Assembly (NCBI GenBank): GCA_043815505.1
Contig: JBDRIV010000002.1
Location: 502,943 to 566,942 of the forward strand
Reading direction: 5' to 3'
DNA: 64,000 nt
From: a bacterium
GTDB taxonomy: Bacteria; Patescibacteriota; JABMPQ01; JBDRIV01
Both the position numbers and the translations under genes were made by a program. A model generated the notes under the pieces. That model had not been told where the DNA came from. It saw nothing but the letters and a program-made list of their open reading frames with translations, and searched no databases. The stretch's first letter is position 1. Each line of letters opens with the position of its first letter. Positions 26,591-36,619 of the stretch are shown piece after piece.

Positions 26591-28593
26591 TAAAGTGTGT
26601 CTTCTGGATCAACATCAATAATCCAGTCGTTATTTATTACCGATAATATTTTTTGTTTGCTAATTTTATCTTTTTTGCTTAGTTTAACTATTATATGATA
26701 TCGATACTTATTGCGCAACTTAGCCAGAAAACAAGGGGCCGGCCCCAACATTTCTGAATCTGTATTTTTTATAATTTCTTGAATGGATTGAACGAATATT
26801 TGTGCTTCTTTTTTAACCTTGGTAAGATCAGAATTTTCATATATAAAACGCAATAGTCGTGAATATGGAGGGTAATTAAGATCTTTTCTAATTTTTAGTT
26901 CTTGCTGAAAGAATTTTTCGTTGTTATGTTCAACTATGGCTTGGAGGGCCGGTAGTTTTAGATCGTAGGTTTGAATAATGGCCTGACCCCCTGCTTGCAA
27001 TCTTCCCGAACGACCAATAACTTGACTTATTGTTTGCCACATCCTTTCACTGGATCTAAAATCAGGAAAATTTAAGAAACTTTCTGCCAACAAGACACCA
27101 ATTAAAGAAATACTTTCAATATCCATACCTTTGGTAATCATTTGCGTGCCAATAATAATATCAACTTCCTTTTTTAATATTTTATTGTAATTCTGCTGAT
27201 AATCTTTTTTGGAAAGATTGCTATCACTATCAATTCGCAAAATGTTTTTGTCTGGCCAAAGTTTTTCGGCTGCTCTGACAACTTTTTCTGTTCCGTAACC
27301 TCGATGAGAAAGCTTTGGTGATTCGCATTTTGAGCAATATCCTAAAAAATCTTTTTGCTGTAAACAATGATGACAAACAAGTTTGTTATTTTGCTCATGA
27401 TAGGTTAATGGTAAATTACAGTTATGACAAATTTCTCGTTGCCCACAATTTTCACAAAATACCACTGGCACTAAACCGCGTCGATTAACAAAAAGTAAAA
27501 CTTGTTCATTTTTTTGTAAGGTTTTGCTAATAGAACTTTCTAGTTTGTCAGAAAATATTGAAAAGTTTTGCTTTTTTCTTTCTTCTTGCAAATCAATAAT
27601 ATCAATCTTATGTTGCTGTATTTTTTCAGTTACTCCTTTTTCTGTTTTTACAATTCTATTCGGTAGTTCTAATCTAACTGACGAACCAACTTCCGCACTA
27701 TAAATTTCTTCCAGGCTGGGAGTGGCACTGCCAAGTATTAATTTTGCTTCATATAAATTACTTAAAACTCTGGCCACATGACGAACATGGTAACGTGGCA
27801 TCATATCAAATTGCTTATAACTGTAGTCGTGTTCTTCATCAACTATAATTAAACCTAATTTTTTAACTGGAGCAAACAAAGCAGAGCGCGGACCCACAAT
27901 AATATTTTTATTGCCAGAACTAATGCTAGAAAATATTTTTCTTCTTTCTTTGGGAGTAATTTTACTATTAATTAAAGCGACCGTATCTTCACCAAAACGC
28001 TGATGAATTCTTTGTACCAACTGTGGCAATTGAGTAAATTCTGGTGTTAAAACAATTACTTGTTTTTCTTTCTTTAAAGCTTCGGTTATGAGATGAAAAT
28101 ACACTTCAGTTTTTCCTGATCCTGTAACTCCCGAAATTAAATAGGTTAATTCTTTACCAGAATTGATTCTGTTAAAAACCTCTTTTTGAGTTTTCGTCAG
28201 ATCCAAATTATTTATTTTATTTAAACTATCATCCTGACTGACAATTTTATCATTTTTATTTTTCAGCAGGGGAGGGGTCATCATCCGAATCAGTTTGTTT
28301 TCCGATTCGTGATAATACTCACTCATCCAAGTTATCAATTGCCAATGTTTATCATCAATAAATAATTCTTTGTCTCCAATTTGAAAAACTTCTTTTAGCT
28401 CACCTTTAAAGTTAGGTTTTTGATTATGAACCTTTTTTACTACTCCCGTAATTTTTTTGTTTTGAAAGGGAATAAGTACTCTTTGACCTATTTTTATACT
28501 TGTCGCTAGATTTTCTGGAACTGAATATGTAAAAGCACCCTCCCGCCCGCGAGGAATTTTTGTTAGGGGAACAATATCGGCAAAAATAGCCAT
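26590..28593 (-). CDS. priA: Primosomal protein N' (replication restart helicase PriA)
   Basis: 667 aa. N-terminal 3'-DNA binding domain, Walker A ISGVTGSGKTEVY, DEEH box, the PriA Cys-rich Zn region (CENCGQREICHNCNLPLTYHEQNNKLVCHHCLQQKDFLGYCSKCES), and helicase C motifs. Conserved priA-def-fmt synteny. Confidence 0.92.
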   Translation of the reverse strand: MAIFADIVPLTKIPRGREGAFTYSVPENLATSIKIGQRVLIPFQNKKITGVVKKVHNQKPNFKGELKEVFQIGDKELFIDDKHWQLITWMSEYYHESENKLIRMMTPPLLKNKNDKIVSQDDSLNKINNLDLTKTQKEVFNRINSGKELTYLISGVTGSGKTEVYFHLITEALKKEKQVIVLTPEFTQLPQLVQRIHQRFGEDTVALINSKITPKERRKIFSSISSGNKNIIVGPRSALFAPVKKLGLIIVDEEHDYSYKQFDMMPRYHVRHVARVLSNLYEAKLILGSATPSLEEIYSAEVGSSVRLELPNRIVKTEKGVTEKIQQHKIDIIDLQEERKKQNFSIFSDKLESSISKTLQKNEQVLLFVNRRGLVPVVFCENCGQREICHNCNLPLTYHEQNNKLVCHHCLQQKDFLGYCSKCESPKLSHRGYGTEKVVRAAEKLWPDKNILRIDSDSNLSKKDYQQNYNKILKKEVDIIIGTQMITKGMDIESISLIGVLLAESFLNFPDFRSSERMWQTISQVIGRSGRLQAGGQAIIQTYDLKLPALQAIVEHNNEKFFQQELKIRKDLNYPPYSRLLRFIYENSDLTKVKKEAQIFVQSIQEIIKNTDSEMLGPAPCFLAKLRNKYRYHIIVKLSKKDKISKQKILSVINNDWIIDVDPEDTL

Positions 28594-28659
28594 TTTTCCT
28601 TTAGTTTAGGCAATTTAGTGCTTTGATTTTATCACTTCTTATGATATAATTCAATTATT

Positions 28660-29508
28660 ATGGACAATAAAGTTAATATTTTAGATATCGAAATTGATGC
28701 TCTAACTAAAGCAGAAGCCACTAAAAAGATGCGTGGTCTTATTTTTCGTGACCGTCAATCTTTGGTGACAACTCCGAATCCAGAAATGTTAGTAGCAGCG
28801 ACACGAGATAGAGAATTTAAATATATTTTAGAGAAATCCGATTTAAAAATACCTGATGGCGTGGGATTGATGTGGGCCGCTTATGTTGCTCATGAACCAC
28901 TGCCTAAAGATTTCTTTATGCGTTTTTATGTTTTGCTTTGGCGATTTATTTTAGGTGAAGTGGCAATTGTTTTTAATAAGAAACGACTGCAAAGATATTT
29001 ACCAGAACAAATTTCTGGAACTGATATGGTTTATGACATTGCCCAGATTGCTAAAGAAAATGACTTAAGTATATTTTTACTTGGTTCTTACAATAAAACT
29101 GGCGAGCGCTGTGCTAAAAAACTGCAAGAACTTTATCCCGATTTGAAAATCGCTGGTACGCATGAGGGAAACTTTTCTGAAGTGGATGATAAAAACTCTC
29201 GCCAAATTATTAATGAATCAGGTGCCAACATTTTACTCGTTGCTTATGGACATTCTCGCCAAGAAAAATGGTTGGCCAGAAATTTAGAAAAGCTTCCGCA
29301 CGTAAAAATGGGTATTGGGGTAGGCGGAGCTTTTGATTATATTTCTGGAGATATTAAAAGAGCTCCCAAATTTATGCGCCTGCTTGGTTTGGAATGGTTA
29401 TTTAGAATGATAATACAACCTTCCCGAGTTTTTAGAATCATAACTGCCACTTGGACGTTTCCCAATATGGTTGTAAAATGGAAACTACTTAACAAAAATA
29501 ATGGTTAG
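28660..29508 (+). CDS. WecB/TagA/CpsF-family glycosyltransferase (GT26; UDP-ManNAc(A):lipid-linked GlcNAc transferase-like)
   Basis: 282 aa. VTTPNPEMLVAA, IPDGVGLMWAA, LLVAYGHSRQEKWLARN...MGIGVGGAFDYISGDIKRAPKFMRLLGLEWLFRMIIQPSR are hallmark GT26 motifs. Confidence 0.85.
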   Translation: MDNKVNILDIEIDALTKAEATKKMRGLIFRDRQSLVTTPNPEMLVAATRDREFKYILEKSDLKIPDGVGLMWAAYVAHEPLPKDFFMRFYVLLWRFILGEVAIVFNKKRLQRYLPEQISGTDMVYDIAQIAKENDLSIFLLGSYNKTGERCAKKLQELYPDLKIAGTHEGNFSEVDDKNSRQIINESGANILLVAYGHSRQEKWLARNLEKLPHVKMGIGVGGAFDYISGDIKRAPKFMRLLGLEWLFRMIIQPSRVFRIITATWTFPNMVVKWKLLNKNNG

Positions 29509-30949
29509 AGTAAGAATAGCACCATCACCAACAGGCCCACTTCACATTGGTACTGCCAGAAGTGCTCTTTTTAATTATCTTTTTGCTAAACAAAATAAAG
29601 GTAAATTTATATTACGCGTGGATGATACTGACAAAGAAAGATCAGAAGATAAATATCTGAAAAATTTAACTGTGGGATTAAAAGATTTAGGAATTACTTG
29701 GGATGAAGGAATTGAAATGGGTGGGGAATTTGGCCCGTACAAACAGTCAAAACGGGGAGAAATATATGAAAAATATTTACAGCAGTTATTAGAGGAAAAC
29801 AAAGCTTATTATTGCAACTGTTCTAAGGAAAAGCTGGATGAAGCCAGAAAAAAACAAATTGCTGAAGGTAAGGCGCAAATATATTCTGGTCTGTGTCGGG
29901 ATAAAAATATAAATAAAGAAGAATTTCCTGAATCTGTAATACGACTTAAAGTAGATGACAAAGATGTAACTTTTTCCGATTTAATCAAAGGACAACAAAC
30001 CATTGCCACCAAGGAAATTGGCGATATGGTAATTGCTAAAAGCACAAAAGAAGTTCTTTATAATTTTGCTTCAGTGGTTGATGACGAGGAAATGAAAATA
30101 TCGCATGTGATTCGCGGAGAAGATCATTTGTCCAATACACCCAAACAGATTTTAATAATGGAAGCTTTAGAATTTTCTGTTCCGCACTTTGGACATATTC
30201 CACTTATTCTCAATAAGGATAAATCGAAACTTTCTAAAAGAAAGAATAAGGTTTCTATATCTGACTATTTGCAGGAAGGTTTTCTGCCGGAGGCTCTGAT
30301 TAATTATATGGTTTTACTCGGATGGAATCCCAAAAACACAGAAGAATTTTTTACCCTTGAAGAACTTGGGAAGGAATTTAATTTAACAAAGGTTAATAAA
30401 AGTGGTGCCATTTTTGATCTAGAACGTTTAAGATTCTTTAATGCTCATTATATTAAGGAAATGAATTTAAGTAAGTTAACTGAAATGTGTTTGCCCTATT
30501 TAATTAAAAAGAAATTAATTGCCCAGCCAGATTCCATAGAAAATAATAAATTAGAAAACATTATTAAAATTGAACAATCAAGAATTGAAATTTTATCTGA
30601 AGTAGGGGACGATGTTATGTTTTTATTTTCTGACCATCTAACTTATGACCCGAGGTTCTTTCTCTGGAAAGATATGACCAAGGAAGATGTTATTCATGGC
30701 TTAGAATATATGCTAAAACTTCTTGATTCCTACGAAGAAAAAGATTTTAATAATGATTTCTTGCAGAAAAATGTTGTTGATAGATTAAAAGCAGATACAG
30801 AAAATATTGGCCAAGTTTTATGGCCTCTGCGCATTGCACTTTCTGGTCAAAAACAAAGCCCTTCTCCTTTTGAAATTATGGAAGTATACGGTAAAAAAGA
30901 ATCCCTAAAAAGAGTTACAGCTGGTATAGACCTTGCTAAAACTTTGTAA
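29501..30949 (+). CDS. gltX: Glutamyl-tRNA synthetase (probably non-discriminating; no glnS in the window)
   Basis: 482 aa. HIGH-class motif APSPTGPLHIGTARSALFNY and KMSKS-class KLSKR. C-terminal anticodon-binding domain. Confidence 0.9.
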   Translation: MVRVRIAPSPTGPLHIGTARSALFNYLFAKQNKGKFILRVDDTDKERSEDKYLKNLTVGLKDLGITWDEGIEMGGEFGPYKQSKRGEIYEKYLQQLLEENKAYYCNCSKEKLDEARKKQIAEGKAQIYSGLCRDKNINKEEFPESVIRLKVDDKDVTFSDLIKGQQTIATKEIGDMVIAKSTKEVLYNFASVVDDEEMKISHVIRGEDHLSNTPKQILIMEALEFSVPHFGHIPLILNKDKSKLSKRKNKVSISDYLQEGFLPEALINYMVLLGWNPKNTEEFFTLEELGKEFNLTKVNKSGAIFDLERLRFFNAHYIKEMNLSKLTEMCLPYLIKKKLIAQPDSIENNKLENIIKIEQSRIEILSEVGDDVMFLFSDHLTYDPRFFLWKDMTKEDVIHGLEYMLKLLDSYEEKDFNNDFLQKNVVDRLKADTENIGQVLWPLRIALSGQKQSPSPFEIMEVYGKKESLKRVTAGIDLAKTL

Positions 30950-31005
30950 ATATGATATACTAATCATACTAATGGTAATAATTTGGCTAAATTAAGCCTA
31001 GAGTA

Positions 31006-32280
31006 ATGAATAAAACACAAATAAGAAGATTTGTTTCCAAAGGAGCAGTTTATTTACTCCTTATTTCGTTTGTCGTAATTCCATTCAGCCTTAAAGCTGA
31101 AGATGTTGATGAGGAGGAATTGAGCAAGCAAATCCAAAATATTAATTTGCAAATTGGCAAAAAACGCCAGGCTATTGATAATTTGAAAGAAAGCGAAGAA
31201 GAACTGCAAAAACAAGTTTCGGCTTATCAAAACGAGGCAGCTTCCTTGCAAGCGCAGATTTCAATTTTAGATTCAGAGATTTCTCAAACTGAAAGCAATA
31301 TTGAAAAAACCAAAGTAGAAATTGAAAAAATTGGTTTAGAGGTAGAATCAATTAATTTAGAAATTACTGAACAAGAAAATAGGATAGAGGAGCAAAAGGA
31401 AGTTTTGTCAGAACTTTTAAGAATTCTATATCAGCAAAGTCAAAAAGATCCTTTAGAAATATTTTTGGGTTATGATTCCTTGTCTCAAGTTTACGATCAG
31501 GAGCATTATATGGCTACCCTAGAAAGTCAAGGAAAAAAAGCTTTGGATGAAATAGAATCAATTAGACGAGAGTTGAAATGGCAGAATACGGTGTTGGCAG
31601 CGAAAAAAGAGAAACAACAAAACTTACAAGCTGAACTGGAACGCAACAAAGAAATATTAAATGAAGAATTATCTGGAAAAGATAGATTGTTAACAGAAAC
31701 CAACAACGAAGAAGCTAAATATCAAACTTTACTGGAACAAGCAAAAGCTGAGCGCGATGCAGCTGAAGCTCAGGTTTCTTCCATGGAATCACAAGTTAAT
31801 TCTATCTTGGAACAAGCCAGACAAAAGAACTTATTTGATGGTTGGACACCAACCGCTGGCACCACCGGAGTTCTAAATTGGCCCGTTGTTCCTACCAGAG
31901 GAATTTCTGCCTATTTCCATGATGAGGCCTATAGATCTTATTTTGGAGTAGATCACTACGCTATTGATATTCCCACACCTCAAGGTACACCAATTCACGC
32001 TCCTGCTGATGCGATTGTGGGCAGAACGTATGATGCTGGATATGGTTATAGTTTTATAGTTTTAATTCACAATGAACAGCTAACGACTGTTTATGGTCAC
32101 ATTTCAAGTTTTGCAGTGTCTGAAGGTCAGTTTGTGACTTCTGGTAGTGTAATAGGGTATAGTGGTGGTACTCCAGGCACCAGGGGAGCTGGTTGGAGAA
32201 CAACTGGGGCTCATTTACATTTTGAAGTTAGAATAAATGGAATTCCTAATGATCCTTTAAATTATTTACCATCATTCTAA
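31006..32280 (+). CDS. M23-family metallopeptidase with N-terminal coiled coil (EnvC/murein hydrolase activator-like)
   Basis: 424 aa. Signal/TM, ~250-aa coiled coil, C-terminal LytM domain (HYAIDIP..GTPIHAPADAIVG...GHISSF...GGTPGTRGAGWRTTGAHLHFEV). Confidence 0.8.
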   Translation: MNKTQIRRFVSKGAVYLLLISFVVIPFSLKAEDVDEEELSKQIQNINLQIGKKRQAIDNLKESEEELQKQVSAYQNEAASLQAQISILDSEISQTESNIEKTKVEIEKIGLEVESINLEITEQENRIEEQKEVLSELLRILYQQSQKDPLEIFLGYDSLSQVYDQEHYMATLESQGKKALDEIESIRRELKWQNTVLAAKKEKQQNLQAELERNKEILNEELSGKDRLLTETNNEEAKYQTLLEQAKAERDAAEAQVSSMESQVNSILEQARQKNLFDGWTPTAGTTGVLNWPVVPTRGISAYFHDEAYRSYFGVDHYAIDIPTPQGTPIHAPADAIVGRTYDAGYGYSFIVLIHNEQLTTVYGHISSFAVSEGQFVTSGSVIGYSGGTPGTRGAGWRTTGAHLHFEVRINGIPNDPLNYLPSF

Positions 32281-32305
32281 TTTAATTTAATTTTGAATTA
32301 ATAAA

Positions 32306-32331
32306 AACACCTATAATTGGTGTTTTATTAT
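32306..32331 (+). terminator. Rho-independent terminator
   Basis: AACACC-TATAATT-GGTGTT followed by TTATTATTT. Confidence 0.55.
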
Positions 32332-32548
32332 TTACCTTGTTTCAGCCCTGCTTCAGAGATACTAGGTCGTAAAAGATATATTGTGCGTCTTACTAAATTA
32401 TTCTCTCTTTAGGCCTATATCACTAATTATAATAATTTGTGACTTCTATTCCCTATAATCAATGTTTAATTACTTATTTTATCTATTAAAATAGTATTAA
32501 TACCCTTTTATTCATTTAATCACTAATTCTTGTTAGTCGTACAATTTG

Positions 32549-33688
32549 TTAGTTTTTAGCCACTTTTTGAATGATTTGGATGAGGTCTAGTACCTCTTTT
32601 TTTGTAGAAAATCGCCCAAACGATAATCTTATAGACGAATCTATTTCTTTGACTGATAATCCCATCTCTTTTAGCACATAAGATTTTTTTATTGCTCCCG
32701 CTGCACAAGCTGAACCACTACTTACTGCTAAACCAGCTCTATCCAATTTCATAGTTAGAATATCAGCTTCGGTTTTAGAAAATTGCAAATTAATTATTCC
32801 CGGTAAAGAATTATTTAAATTACCATTTAATTTATAATTAATTAATTTATTTATAATTATTTCTTTTAATTCAGAATCATGTTGGTAGTCAGATTCAAGT
32901 TCTTTTTGTAATATTTTTGCAGCTTCACCCATACCAACTACAGCTGCCGTATTCTGAGTTCCGGGCATAAGTCCCCTTTCCTGACCACCACCAAAAATCA
33001 ATGGCTCTAATTTCACGTCTTTATGTATATACAAAGCCCCAACTCCTTTGGGTCCATACATTTTGTGAGCTGATAAAGTTAGAGCATCAACTCGCAAAAC
33101 TTTAATGTCAAGTTTTATTGATCTAACTGCTTGGACAGCATCGGTATGAAATATTATTTTACTAGTTCTGGCTTCATTTATAGCTTTAATTTTTTTACCT
33201 AATCGAGCAATATTATTAATAGTTCCCGTTTCATTGTTGGCCATCATAATACTTACAAAAATTGTATTAGCTTTAATTTTCGCTAACACCTCATCAGCAG
33301 AAATTGTCCCCTCTTTGTCTGGTGAAATTAAATCCAATTCAATTAATTTATTCTTTTGCAAATTATTTACAACTTCTAATATTGAAGGATGTTCTATGCT
33401 GGAAGTTATAAAGTGAGGTTTATTATTATTTATTAAACCTGAAATTATTAAATTATTGGCAATGGTAGCGCTTGGTGTAAAAATAATTTCTCCTGCTTCC
33501 GCGTTTATCAATTTAGCCACTTGATCTCGAGCATAATCAATCGCCACTAACGCTTTTTGGCCCAAAGCATGAATAGAATTGGGATTACCGAAGTTTGTTT
33601 CTAAAAATGGTTGCATAGCTAAAAACACCCGTTTATCAAGCGGTGTAGTAGCGGCATAATCAGCGTAAATTGTCTTATTTTGGCTCAT
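32549..33688 (-). CDS. Cysteine desulfurase (class V aminotransferase, NifS/IscS-like)
   Basis: 379 aa. PLP-Lys motif SAHKMYGPKGVGALYI and the active-site Cys loop SSGSACAAG. Confidence 0.85.
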   Translation of the reverse strand: MSQNKTIYADYAATTPLDKRVFLAMQPFLETNFGNPNSIHALGQKALVAIDYARDQVAKLINAEAGEIIFTPSATIANNLIISGLINNNKPHFITSSIEHPSILEVVNNLQKNKLIELDLISPDKEGTISADEVLAKIKANTIFVSIMMANNETGTINNIARLGKKIKAINEARTSKIIFHTDAVQAVRSIKLDIKVLRVDALTLSAHKMYGPKGVGALYIHKDVKLEPLIFGGGQERGLMPGTQNTAAVVGMGEAAKILQKELESDYQHDSELKEIIINKLINYKLNGNLNNSLPGIINLQFSKTEADILTMKLDRAGLAVSSGSACAAGAIKKSYVLKEMGLSVKEIDSSIRLSFGRFSTKKEVLDLIQIIQKVAKN

Positions 33689-33731
33689 ATTTACTTATTT
33701 TCGTGCATTTGGACTATTTGTCAACTTATCC

Positions 33732-33760
33732 TTGACATTTAGTCGTAATTTAAATATTAT
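33732..33760 (+). promoter_or_regulatory. Sigma70-like promoter for rpmA (-35 TTGACA, 17-bp spacer, -10 TATTAT)
   Basis: TTGACA at 33732-33737 and TATTAT at 33755-33760, about 35 nt upstream of the rpmA start. Confidence 0.5.
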
Positions 33761-33794
33761 GTATAAAGTTATCAGAATTTATTAATCGAAATTT

Positions 33795-34076
33795 ATGGCA
33801 CATAGAAAAGCCGGCGGATCGACAACTCTTGGTCGCGATAGCCAATCAAAAAGATTGGGTGTTAAAGTATACGGTGGTCAAACTGTTAAAACAGGTGGGA
33901 TAATTGTTCGCCAACGAGGAACCAAATATCATCTTGGCAAAAATGTTAAAATTGGTAGTGATGATACAATTTTTGCGATGGTAAATGGAAAAGTAGAATT
34001 CAAAAAGAAAAAGGTTAAAGCCTTTAATGGTAAATTGGCTCTCCGCAATTTTGTAAGCGTTATACCATCTAAATAA
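33795..34076 (+). CDS. rpmA: 50S ribosomal protein L27
   Basis: 93 aa. [51 protein letters not shown] is near-identical in pattern to bacterial L27. Confidence 0.92.
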   Translation: MAHRKAGGSTTLGRDSQSKRLGVKVYGGQTVKTGGIIVRQRGTKYHLGKNVKIGSDDTIFAMVNGKVEFKKKKVKAFNGKLALRNFVSVIPSK

Positions 34077-34116
34077 AAATTATAAACGAGAGCTCCATTT
34101 TTACTCAAACTTAAAA

Positions 34117-34152
34117 ATCGAGTTGATTAATAAACTATTACTCGATTTTTTG
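34117..34152. terminator. Bidirectional intrinsic terminator
   Basis: ATCGAGT-(16-nt loop)-ACTCGAT flanked by A5 and T6. Lies between the convergent rpmA and pyrG. Confidence 0.45.
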
Positions 34153-34185
34153 TTATTTTCAGAATTTAGTAAAACTGGTACTTGA

Positions 34186-35817
34186 TTATTTACTGGCCGC
34201 TGCTTGAATAAAATCCCTAAACAACGGGTGTGGACTTTGCGGATAGGATTGAAACTCGGGATGAAATTGTGATCCCACAAACCATTTGTGTTCTGGTATT
34301 TCAATTATTTCTACCAGATTTTTTTGACGATAAACTCCCCCAATTCTCAAACCTTTTTTAATTAATTTATCTCGATATTTATTGTTAAATTCGTAACGAT
34401 GGCGATGACGCTCTGATATTCTTTCTTTTTTGTATGCTTTATAGGCAAAAGTGTCTTTTCTAACCGCACAAGGATAAGCTCCCAATCTATTGGTGCCACC
34501 ATAGTCTTTATCTTCTAATATTTTCTTTTGTTCTTCCATAACATCAATTACCGGATGTTTGGTGCGGGGATTTATTTCAGTGGAATTGGCTCCTTTTAAT
34601 CCGGCCACGTGGCGAGCAAATTCTACAACAGCTAATTGCATGCCATAACACAATCCTAAATAAGGAATATTATTTTCACGCACAAATTTAATAGCATTTA
34701 TTTTTCCCTCAATGCCACGACTGCCATATCCTCCCGGCACAATAATTCCATCTAAATCAGCTAATTTATTAACGTTTTTTGGATTTTTCTCAAATTGTTC
34801 GGAATCAAGCCATTTTATTTTTGGCTTCACGTCATTTGCCCATGAGGCATGTTTAATAGCTTCAATGACAGAAATATATGAATCTTCTAAATCATAATCA
34901 CCAGTTTTAAAATATTTTCCTACCACGCCGATTTTAACTTCGCGACTAACACTTTTAATTTTTTTTATCAGTTTTCTCCATTCATTCAATTTTTTTCTTT
35001 CTGAACCAAGCTTTAATTTCTTTAGAATACTTTCTCCAAATTTTTGCTCATCAAAGAGTAAGGGAATTTCATAAATTGATTCAATATCGGGATTAGAAAT
35101 TACATCTTCTTCTTTAACATTACAAAAAGTAGCTATTTTTTCAATTCTTTTTTTGTCCAATGATCTTTCACTTCGTCCCACCACAAAATCTGGCTGAATG
35201 CCGGCCGCATTTAATGTACGTACAGAATTTTGCACTGGTTTGGTTTTCATTTCTCCAGCTGTCTGCGGAATTGGCAAATAAGAAACATGTACATTTAAAA
35301 CATTTTCTGGTATATCGCGTTTCATCATACGATCGGCTTCCAAAAATAAGATATTTTGATATTCGCCTACCGTACCGCCAATTTCTATCATAACAATATT
35401 AGCCCGGGCAACTTTGCCGGCCAATTTTATTCTTCTTATAATTTCTTCGGGAACATGGGGAACAACTTCCACATCTTCACCCTCGTATTCAAAATTACGT
35501 TCTTTTCGAATTACTTCTTGATAAATTTGGCCGGTAGTAACATAATTGTGCCAATCGGTATCAACATTTATAAATCTTTCATAATTACCTAGATCCTGAT
35601 CCGTTTCTACGCCATCCTTGGTTACAAAAACTTCTCCATGCTCGGTTGGTCGCATAGTACCTGCGTCAATGTTGACATACATATCACATTTGACACAAGC
35701 TACGCGATGTCCCTTGCTTTGGAGAACTTTAGCGATGGAAGCAGTCGTAATGCCTTTTCCTAATGAGGAGATGACACCACCTGTTACAAAAATGTATTTT
35801 GTTTGCGCTTTGACCAT
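34186..35817 (-). CDS. pyrG: CTP synthase
   Basis: 543 aa. N-terminus MVKAQTKYIFVTGGVISSLGKGITTASIA. C-terminal glutamine amidotransferase domain with GLCYGMQLAVVEFARHV (catalytic Cys). Confidence 0.95.
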   Translation of the reverse strand: MVKAQTKYIFVTGGVISSLGKGITTASIAKVLQSKGHRVACVKCDMYVNIDAGTMRPTEHGEVFVTKDGVETDQDLGNYERFINVDTDWHNYVTTGQIYQEVIRKERNFEYEGEDVEVVPHVPEEIIRRIKLAGKVARANIVMIEIGGTVGEYQNILFLEADRMMKRDIPENVLNVHVSYLPIPQTAGEMKTKPVQNSVRTLNAAGIQPDFVVGRSERSLDKKRIEKIATFCNVKEEDVISNPDIESIYEIPLLFDEQKFGESILKKLKLGSERKKLNEWRKLIKKIKSVSREVKIGVVGKYFKTGDYDLEDSYISVIEAIKHASWANDVKPKIKWLDSEQFEKNPKNVNKLADLDGIIVPGGYGSRGIEGKINAIKFVRENNIPYLGLCYGMQLAVVEFARHVAGLKGANSTEINPRTKHPVIDVMEEQKKILEDKDYGGTNRLGAYPCAVRKDTFAYKAYKKERISERHRHRYEFNNKYRDKLIKKGLRIGGVYRQKNLVEIIEIPEHKWFVGSQFHPEFQSYPQSPHPLFRDFIQAAASK

Positions 35818-35853
35818 AATTTTAAAAAGTGGGCTTAAAAAGCCCTTTTTTGA

Positions 35854-36300
35854 TTATTTTGCTTTTACTACGAGCGGCACTTTAATTTCTTTGTCTTTAT
35901 CAATAATAAATGTAATTTTGTAGGAACCTATTTTTTTAATAGCAGCAAATTTCTTTATATTTTTTTCTGTTACTTCAATATTATTATTGCTTTTCAAATA
36001 TTTTATAATTTCTTTAGCAGTAATGGCGCCAAATAATTTATCATCTTCATTTACTTTTTCTTCCATATCTATTTTTACATCTTTGAGGCTGGCTTGTAAA
36101 TCTTTTTTACCCGCTTCAGCTTTAGCTTTTTCCTGATCAATTTTTTTAGCCAACATTTTATAATTATTTCTTACACCTGGTGTTAATACTTCGGCTAAGC
36201 CATTAGGAATCAAATAATTTTGAGCATAACCACGAGAGACATCTTTAATGTCTCCCCTGTTTCCTAATGTTTCAATATTTTTGGTTAAAACTACTTTCAT
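35854..36300 (-). CDS. rplI: 50S ribosomal protein L9
   Basis: 148 aa. MKVVLTKNIETLGNRGDIKDVSRGYAQNYLIPNGLAEVLT. Confidence 0.9.
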   Translation of the reverse strand: MKVVLTKNIETLGNRGDIKDVSRGYAQNYLIPNGLAEVLTPGVRNNYKMLAKKIDQEKAKAEAGKKDLQASLKDVKIDMEEKVNEDDKLFGAITAKEIIKYLKSNNNIEVTEKNIKKFAAIKKIGSYKITFIIDKDKEIKVPLVVKAK

Positions 36301-36343
36301 AAAATAATTATTTAGCTTAAGTATAATGATTTGCCTTAACTTG

Positions 36344-36619
36344 TCAATATTTTATTGTAAAATCTGAGTAATTTTCAGCTTTATTTATTTCTGCTTTTTC
36401 AATATTTTCAACCTCGGCTAATTTACTCCCCTGTCTACACTTTTTGATTAGCTTATCTAAGCTCTTTTCTTCTCCAGAAGCTATAATCTCAACTGATCCG
36501 TCCGCCAGATTCTTCACATATCCCTTAATATTTAATTTATTTGCTTTTTCCCAAACAAAATTTCTGAAACAGACTCCTTGAACTCTGCCTAAGATTTTCA
36601 TACGAATTACTTTGTTCAT
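36344..36619 (-). CDS. acyP: Acylphosphatase
   Basis: 91 aa. ILGRVQGVCFRNFVWEKANKLNIKGYVKNLADGSVEI matches the acylphosphatase signature (VxGxVQGVxFR). The true start may be the internal Met at 36601. Confidence 0.85.
   Translation of the reverse strand: MNKVIRMKILGRVQGVCFRNFVWEKANKLNIKGYVKNLADGSVEIIASGEEKSLDKLIKKCRQGSKLAEVENIEKAEINKAENYSDFTIKY

Noticed and set aside
32332-32548. About 220-bp AT-rich non-coding gap upstream of the cysteine desulfurase gene, considered as a possible sRNA or riboswitch
   Set aside because: No convincing stems, GC enrichment or conserved motif. Most simply it is the promoter/UTR region of the 33688 minus-strand gene.
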